NCBI GenBank assembly: GCA_965112735.1
Contig: OZ218951.1
Span: 2,294,001 to 2,358,000 of the forward strand
Origin: Phaeosaccion multiseriatum
Lineage: Eukaryota; Protista; Ochrophyta, other classes
Direction of reading: 5' to 3'
Length of the DNA: 64,000 bases
The notes beneath the pieces are model-generated. The model worked only from the letters and a program-made list of their open reading frames with translations. It was not told the DNA's origin and did not search any database. Each line of letters begins with the position of its first letter. The first letter of the stretch is position 1. Made by a program: the position numbers and the translations under genes. This document shows positions 58,548 through 64,000 of the stretch, in pieces.

Positions 58548-60146
58548 CAACAACAACCATACTATGTCTGTATTGCTCGTGCTTTGCTGTGTCCTGTGCT
58601 GCTGCCCCACCCTGTATGCCCTCCGTCCACAGACGTGCGTGTGCTCCAACCGGTTCCTTGTGCACTCTTCGGTCTACGATGACTTCTCGCGCAAGCTCGT
58701 GGACAAGGTAAGGTGGGAAGGGAAGGGCAGGGAAGGGAAGCAGACCTGACCACGGGCAGCAAGGGCAGTATGCACAATACACTGTCACCCCGACTTATTC
58801 GTGTGCTTGCGTGTGTGCGTGTGTGGGTGCACGCGTGCGTACTTACGTGCATGTGTGTGTGTGGGCATGTGTATGCACGCGTGATTGTGTGTCTGTCGTA
58901 TTGGGTGCTGTGTGATCGTATCGCTTCCCCAAAACAGGTGAAGGCCTTCAAGCTGGGCAACCCCTTGGAGAGGAACATCACCCATGGCCCGCTCATCACC
59001 CTCGCTGCCGCCCAGAGAGTCAACGGGGTGGTGAAGGAGGCAGAGGCACGGGGGGCCACAGTCCTCACGGGGGGTGGGGGAGATGCGCAGCTGCCAGGAG
59101 GAGGGGGCTTGGGCAGTGATCGCTTCGTGGAGCCAATGGTTTTAGGTGAGGGGTGAGGGGTGAGGGGTGAGGGGTGAGGGGTTAGGGATGAGGCGTGAGA
59201 GGAGGGTGAGGGGTGAGGGAACAGTGAGGGTGAGGGTGAGGGTGAGAAGGTGAGGGTGAGAACATCGATGCGAGGCTGATGCTGGTGCAGATGCTGATTG
59301 CGGTGCGAGTACTCCTGATGCTGCTACTGCTCCTGCTGCTAATGCTGCTTTGGGGTGCAACTGCTCCTGCCGATGCCGCAGGCGATTGCACTGCCAACAT
59401 GCGTGTCTGTCGGGACGAGATCTTCGGCCCCATTGCGCCCCTTGTCCGCTTCGAATCCGAGGAGGAGGCCGTCGCCATTGCCAACAGCGCAGACACGGTG
59501 AGTGGGTGGGTGGGCGGGTGGGGGATTCCTCTGGCCTCTCTCCTTCAGCGAGCCTCACCCCTTCCCTCCCTCGCTCCTTTTTTTGTCGTTGCTTCTCTTC
59601 CCCTCCCCTCTCCCTCTGGGCCGTGCCTTTGTGTCGAAGGGCCTGGCGGGATACTTCTACACGCGAGACTACGCCCGTATCATTCGCGTGAGCGAAGCGC
59701 TCGAGGTTGGCATGGTCGGAGTCAACGAGGGCATCATCAGCAAGGAGGTGACGCATACACATGTGGATGGAGGGAGGGATGGATGGATTGATGGATGGGT
59801 ACATGGGTGGATGGGTGGATAGATGGGTACGCTGAGCCTGCTGATATGGCTGAAAGGATCTCATTCTCCCGGTCTCCGCAGCTCATCTCCTCTCCCTCTC
59901 TCTTCCTCTCTCTCTCTCCCTCCCTCCCTCCCTCCCTCCCTCCCTTCCTCTGTCTCGCCCCTCCTCCCTCTCTCTCCCTTCCTCTCTCTCTCCCTCTCTC
60001 TCTCTCCTCCCCCCCCCCCCTCTCATCCGTCCTCACAGGTGATTCCCTTTGGAGGCGTGAAGCAGTCGGGCCTGGGGCGTGAGGGCTCCGTGGTCGGCAT
60101 TGAAGAGTACCTGGAGACCAAATACGTGTGCATCGGAGGCCTCTGA
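55415..60146 (+). CDS. ALDH5A1: Succinate-semialdehyde dehydrogenase, multi-exon, probably mitochondrial
   Basis: Motifs [45 protein letters not shown]|GGNA, KFRFSGQ|TCVC, EIFGP and [15 protein letters not shown]. Confidence 0.93.
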
Positions 60147-60698
60147 AGGCTTTGGAAGCCTTGCAGTAGGTAGGAGCGAGAAAGGGGAAGGGTAGTGAAT
60201 GGTAGGAACGACTGGGTGAGATGAAGGATCGATGAAGGGGGGGGGTTGCGGATGGGTGGCCAAGATCGATCTGCGATAGGACACCGCTGTTACTCTCTGT
60301 GGGGCGCGTATGTGGTGGCCGGCTGTGAGGGAAGCAGGAGCGAGTGAGTGATCGAATAGGAGAGCGTCGAACAAGTATGAGAGAGATTGGGGGGGGGAAG
60401 GAGGAGGAAGGACTCCACACATGATCATGTGTGTGGCGGTGAGGCAGCTGTGGGGCAAGGACGAGGCGCGCCTGATGAACATTACATACATTACGTATTG
60501 CGTTGACTTAATGGGGCCCACGCAGAGACCCGAGCAGGTGGGAGGAGGGGCACGGGACACACTGTTGCCTCGTCTCTCACTCGAGTGAATGAAATTAAAT
60601 TAAATCTGTGGATATCCCTATTATTAGTCTCTCATCATGGTGGAAAACAGAGAAAAAAGGAAAAAGGAAACAAAGGGGAAAAAGTAAAAAAAAGGGAT

Positions 60699-61581
60699 AT
60701 GCCTCCACCCAGAGACACCCAGGCTGCCCCACCCACCCCCCCTCTCGGCCGCCTAAAGCCCCTTATGGGATGGAGTGTGCCACCCGTAAGGTGGGTTGTC
60801 TTTGTGGGCACCCTCCTGGTGATTTTTTTGTCGCTCCTGGAGCGGGAAAAAGGCGATTGTCCTTACGAGTTTGCGGGGGCAGGACCGGCGGGGGCGCCAC
60901 ACGGCTCCTGCTGGTGTGGACATTCGGACGGGTATTGCATGTGCACTCCATCGCTCGCTATTGACACCATCATCGAGCAGGTGGGGGAAGGAAGAAGCGA
61001 GAAAAAATAAAACGATGATCGACCTCATCTTCCTTCCCTTTCTTTGTCTCAGACGGACAATGCCGGGAGAGTGGACCGCATTCTTTTCGTTCAGCGGAAG
61101 GATAACAATTTACTGGCCATGGTAGGCGGCTTTGTAGAGGTGAGGAGTCCCTGGCCCCTATTATTGATTGAATCTCTTCTCCTTCTGTTGGCCTCTCCTT
61201 TCATTGCTTCCCACAGCGAACTTACGCTCGTAAGTACATTTTTTGTTTTTTTTTTTTCTGCTGTTCAAGGTCGGGGAAACGACGCAGGCGGCGGTGAGGA
61301 GAGAAGTGCTTGAGGAGACCAACCTCAGCATCACGACTCTGCGTCTGGTGCCTAAGATTTACGACGACCCAGCCAGAGACAAGCGCAGACATACAGTCAG
61401 CGTGGTGTACGTTGCCCGCGTCAGCGGAGAAGTGGAGGCCCGCGCAGGGGATGATGCCGGAGGAGTGGTGGCGCTTCCGTTGGATGAGGTTCGGAGGAGA
61501 GCCCAGAGAAATGAATTCGCCTTTGACCACAGCGTCACTCTGCTCGACTACTTGAGTTCCCTGAACGAGGAGGACTCTTGA
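60699..61581 (+). CDS. Nudix hydrolase (ADP-ribose pyrophosphatase-like) with N-terminal TM and Cys-rich segment (exons 60699-60980, 61053-61139, 61270-61581)
   Basis: Nudix box GGFVE|VGETTQAAVRREVLEETNL, plus DDPARDKRRHTVSVVY and AFDH. Confidence 0.85.
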
Positions 61582-63564
61582 ATGGACGAGAAGGGCTGTT
61601 GCCTTGTCGGTGATGAGGGGCAGCAGTAGCAGCAGCACCAGCACCAGCAGCTGTAACATCAGTTGGTGATAAAGCAGCACGGGGGTGCGCACTGGGCGAG
61701 GAAGGGAGGTGCGTTGAGTCAGCCAGCCCTACAGCTCTACTATGGCATCGCTCCATCGCCTTGCGCCCCCCACAAGCGGTGCTCCACACGTTCTCCTCGA
61801 GGGGTACGCGGAAGGATATCATGCCAACCAAAAAGGAGGCTGCGTTTTGAGCGTTTGGGAGGCAGGCCCCCCCCCACACCCCGTTGAGGACGATGCGTCG
61901 GAGAATGGTCCCGCAGGACGGCTCTGCTTCCCCAGGGGTTGGGCTCAGCGTGGGCATATGGGCATGTTCCCACACAGCCCGAGGGGACTCGGTGACCACT
62001 GTGGGCAGAGACACCGACAAGAGAGAGAGCGCGCGCGAGAGACAGGGAGAGAGCACGACAAGTCTATGCTTTCATCTCATCTCTGTCTGTGGCTGGGGGA
62101 GGGAAGACGGCAGAGCAGCTTGAGTTTGTTTCATCTGTCTGTGGGGGAGGGAAGACGGCGGAGCAGCTTGATTTTGAGTCCCTCCCCTTGTCACCGTACA
62201 AGTTGGGGCTGCCATTACATCACGACCGACGGAGGGACGGTCTTGGCGGCTTGGCGCCCCCCCGGGGTACGGCGACGGTAGGAGGGTGGTACGTCTGCCC
62301 CGTCGCTCTTCCCTACTGCAGAGAAAGAGAGAGAGAGAGAGAGAGGGAGCTTTGATGCTCTTGTCGTCTGCGGCTCTTTGGCGTGTGCCCAGCCAACGGT
62401 TCGCAACGGTGGAGCGAATCGATGTAGGGGTACTCGTTTCTCTCATTGGGCCTTGCGCTCGCTCCCGCAGCCGATGGGCAAACCAACCCCCGGCCTGGAG
62501 GCAAATAAGAGGAAGCAGAGGAGTCGAAGCAGGCCGTTGTAGACAGGCTGGTTACGTACCATTGCAGCGGCAAACGAGAGGACCGGAACCTAGGGCGCCC
62601 GCGACTCTCGTTTGGGTGAAACGTCGGCAGAACGGCAGGCAGGGGCGGCTCCGGCGTCCATCAGCCCACCCCCCCCTGACCTCCATTTTTCTGTGCTGCT
62701 GGGTGTAGAGAAGGAGAAGAAGTGCGTGTATGAAAGAATAGAACAGAATGAATCGGTCCGGTGTACTCAAGCGTCTCGCGCCCCTCAAAAAATATATCGG
62801 GGTGGATGCGGGAGGGAAGCCAAACCCCTCCCGAAAAACGCTCTCGCCCCCGGGGGGGGTGTTATGATCAGAATAGTGGGGGTTGAGGTTGTTGGGGAGA
62901 GGCAGGGGAATAAAAAGCCGAAAGCCCAAAGCCTGCCCGCACCCAGGATCGTAAAAAAGATCTGCACCAGGGGAGAGAGGGAGGAGGGCAGCTGCAGCGT
63001 GCGTCCTGCGAGGGTGAGTGGAAAGCGAGCCAGTGGAAAGTTGTGTGACCCCCACGCGGCCTACGGACCCTTCACCCTTTTTCCTCGCATCTAAATCATC
63101 TTTGTGACGGCGAGCAGTTGGTGTCTCTTGTGTTTTTTAATACTGCTCCTAAGCTGTCAAGCAGAGGTGACGCTGCTGCTTCAGCATATGCTGCTTCTTG
63201 CTCGCACATGCCTTGTCCGCCTTCACCTGCTGTGGCATGAATCTCCCCACCCCACCACCACTTTTCCTGGGAGATAACCAAGAGCATTGGGAACAAAAGC
63301 GACACTTGGGCATAGGCCGACAACTGCGACGTGCTCGCCTCGCCATCTGATTCCCTTGCGATTTGCTCCTTGCCTCCAAACGGCTCTCAACCCAAACCTT
63401 AGGTCCTCCTGCCACATCAAGATCAGAGGATTGAGGGAAGGAGGGGAGCATTGACCACCACGGCAATGAGCACGGAGAGGCGCTTTTGAATGAGCGCTAG
63501 GAGGAGGAGGAGGAAAGTTGGTCTGAGTTGGTGCTGCCATCACTAGTGGTAGCTATCTTTCAAA

Positions 63565-64000
63565 ATGGGCGGAGGTGGAGGGGGTAACGGCGGCAGTAAC
63601 AGAGACCGAGACCGCCACAGGAGAAGGGAGGGCGGTTGGGGGAACGAGGACATGAATGGCGAGAGCGGTAGGAAGCCTTCGTCCACGTCACGCAGCAAGG
63701 ACAGGGACTTCCGTGACTCGGGCAGCAGTGGGAGAGACAGAGACAGAGATCGAGACGGCTCCTCCTCCCGGAAGAGACGCAGGCCTCAGGATGAGGGAGG
63801 CAGCGGGAGGGATGGCCCCGGGTCGCCTGTTGCAGAGAAAGGGTGGACAGCATCCGGGACAGATGGAGGCGGGCGGTCTAGGATCGACGACAGCAGCAAC
63901 AACAGCAACAGCCACGGCAGCAGCACCTTTGATAACAACAGCAGCAAACGATCCAAGGGACCGCCCGTGGAGGGCCGGGAAGAGAACGCAACAAGCTTGG
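63565..64000 (+). CDS. Possible 5' end of an Arg/Asp/Ser/Gly-rich protein running off the window
   Basis: ATG at 63565 opens a stop-free frame to the window end (MGGGGGGNGGSNRDRDRHRRR...). The sequence is low complexity with no recognisable domain. Confidence 0.35.
   Translation, partial: MGGGGGGNGGSNRDRDRHRRREGGWGNEDMNGESGRKPSSTSRSKDRDFRDSGSSGRDRDRDRDGSSSRKRRRPQDEGGSGRDGPGSPVAEKGWTASGTDGGGRSRIDDSSNNSNSHGSSTFDNNSSKRSKGPPVEGREENATSL

Noticed and set aside
51989-61581. Metabolic gene cluster (PAP-SSADH-Nudix)
   Set aside because: SSADH has no functional link to its neighbours, and adjacency is expected in a gene-dense eukaryotic region.
61900-63550. Short ORFs and a ~46-bp duplication at about 62085-62175
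   Set aside because: No recognisable domain, consistent exon chain or element termini.

Overview
Intron-rich, microsatellite-laden eukaryotic nuclear DNA, probably from a photosynthetic stramenopile. This is inferred from a bipartite signal+Phe plastid leader, FNIP repeats and CPWD-type ankyrin repeats. Most ORF-track entries are artefacts of simple repeats. Splicing by hand gives, in order: a frameshifted FNIP-repeat gene; FAD-dependent D-lactate dehydrogenase (-); a giant ~5,150-aa Pro/Thr-rich type-I membrane protein (+); USP39/Sad1 (-); AP-3 delta (+); a 442-bp near-perfect hairpin; an ankyrin relic; a GT47/RXYLT1-like glycosyltransferase (-); an NDC1-like nucleoporin (+); a small plastid 2Fe-2S protein (+); purple acid phosphatase (-); SSADH (+); and a membrane-anchored Nudix hydrolase (+). 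The most striking feature is the mucin/extensin-like gene. It carries a tandem array of 21 near-identical phase-0 54-nt microexons with near-identical introns, followed by a 10.3-kb phase-0 exon that looks like an inflated member of the same array. Other unexplained signals are two dispersed sequence motifs, introns with complementary ends, and tandem echoes of gene and exon ends.
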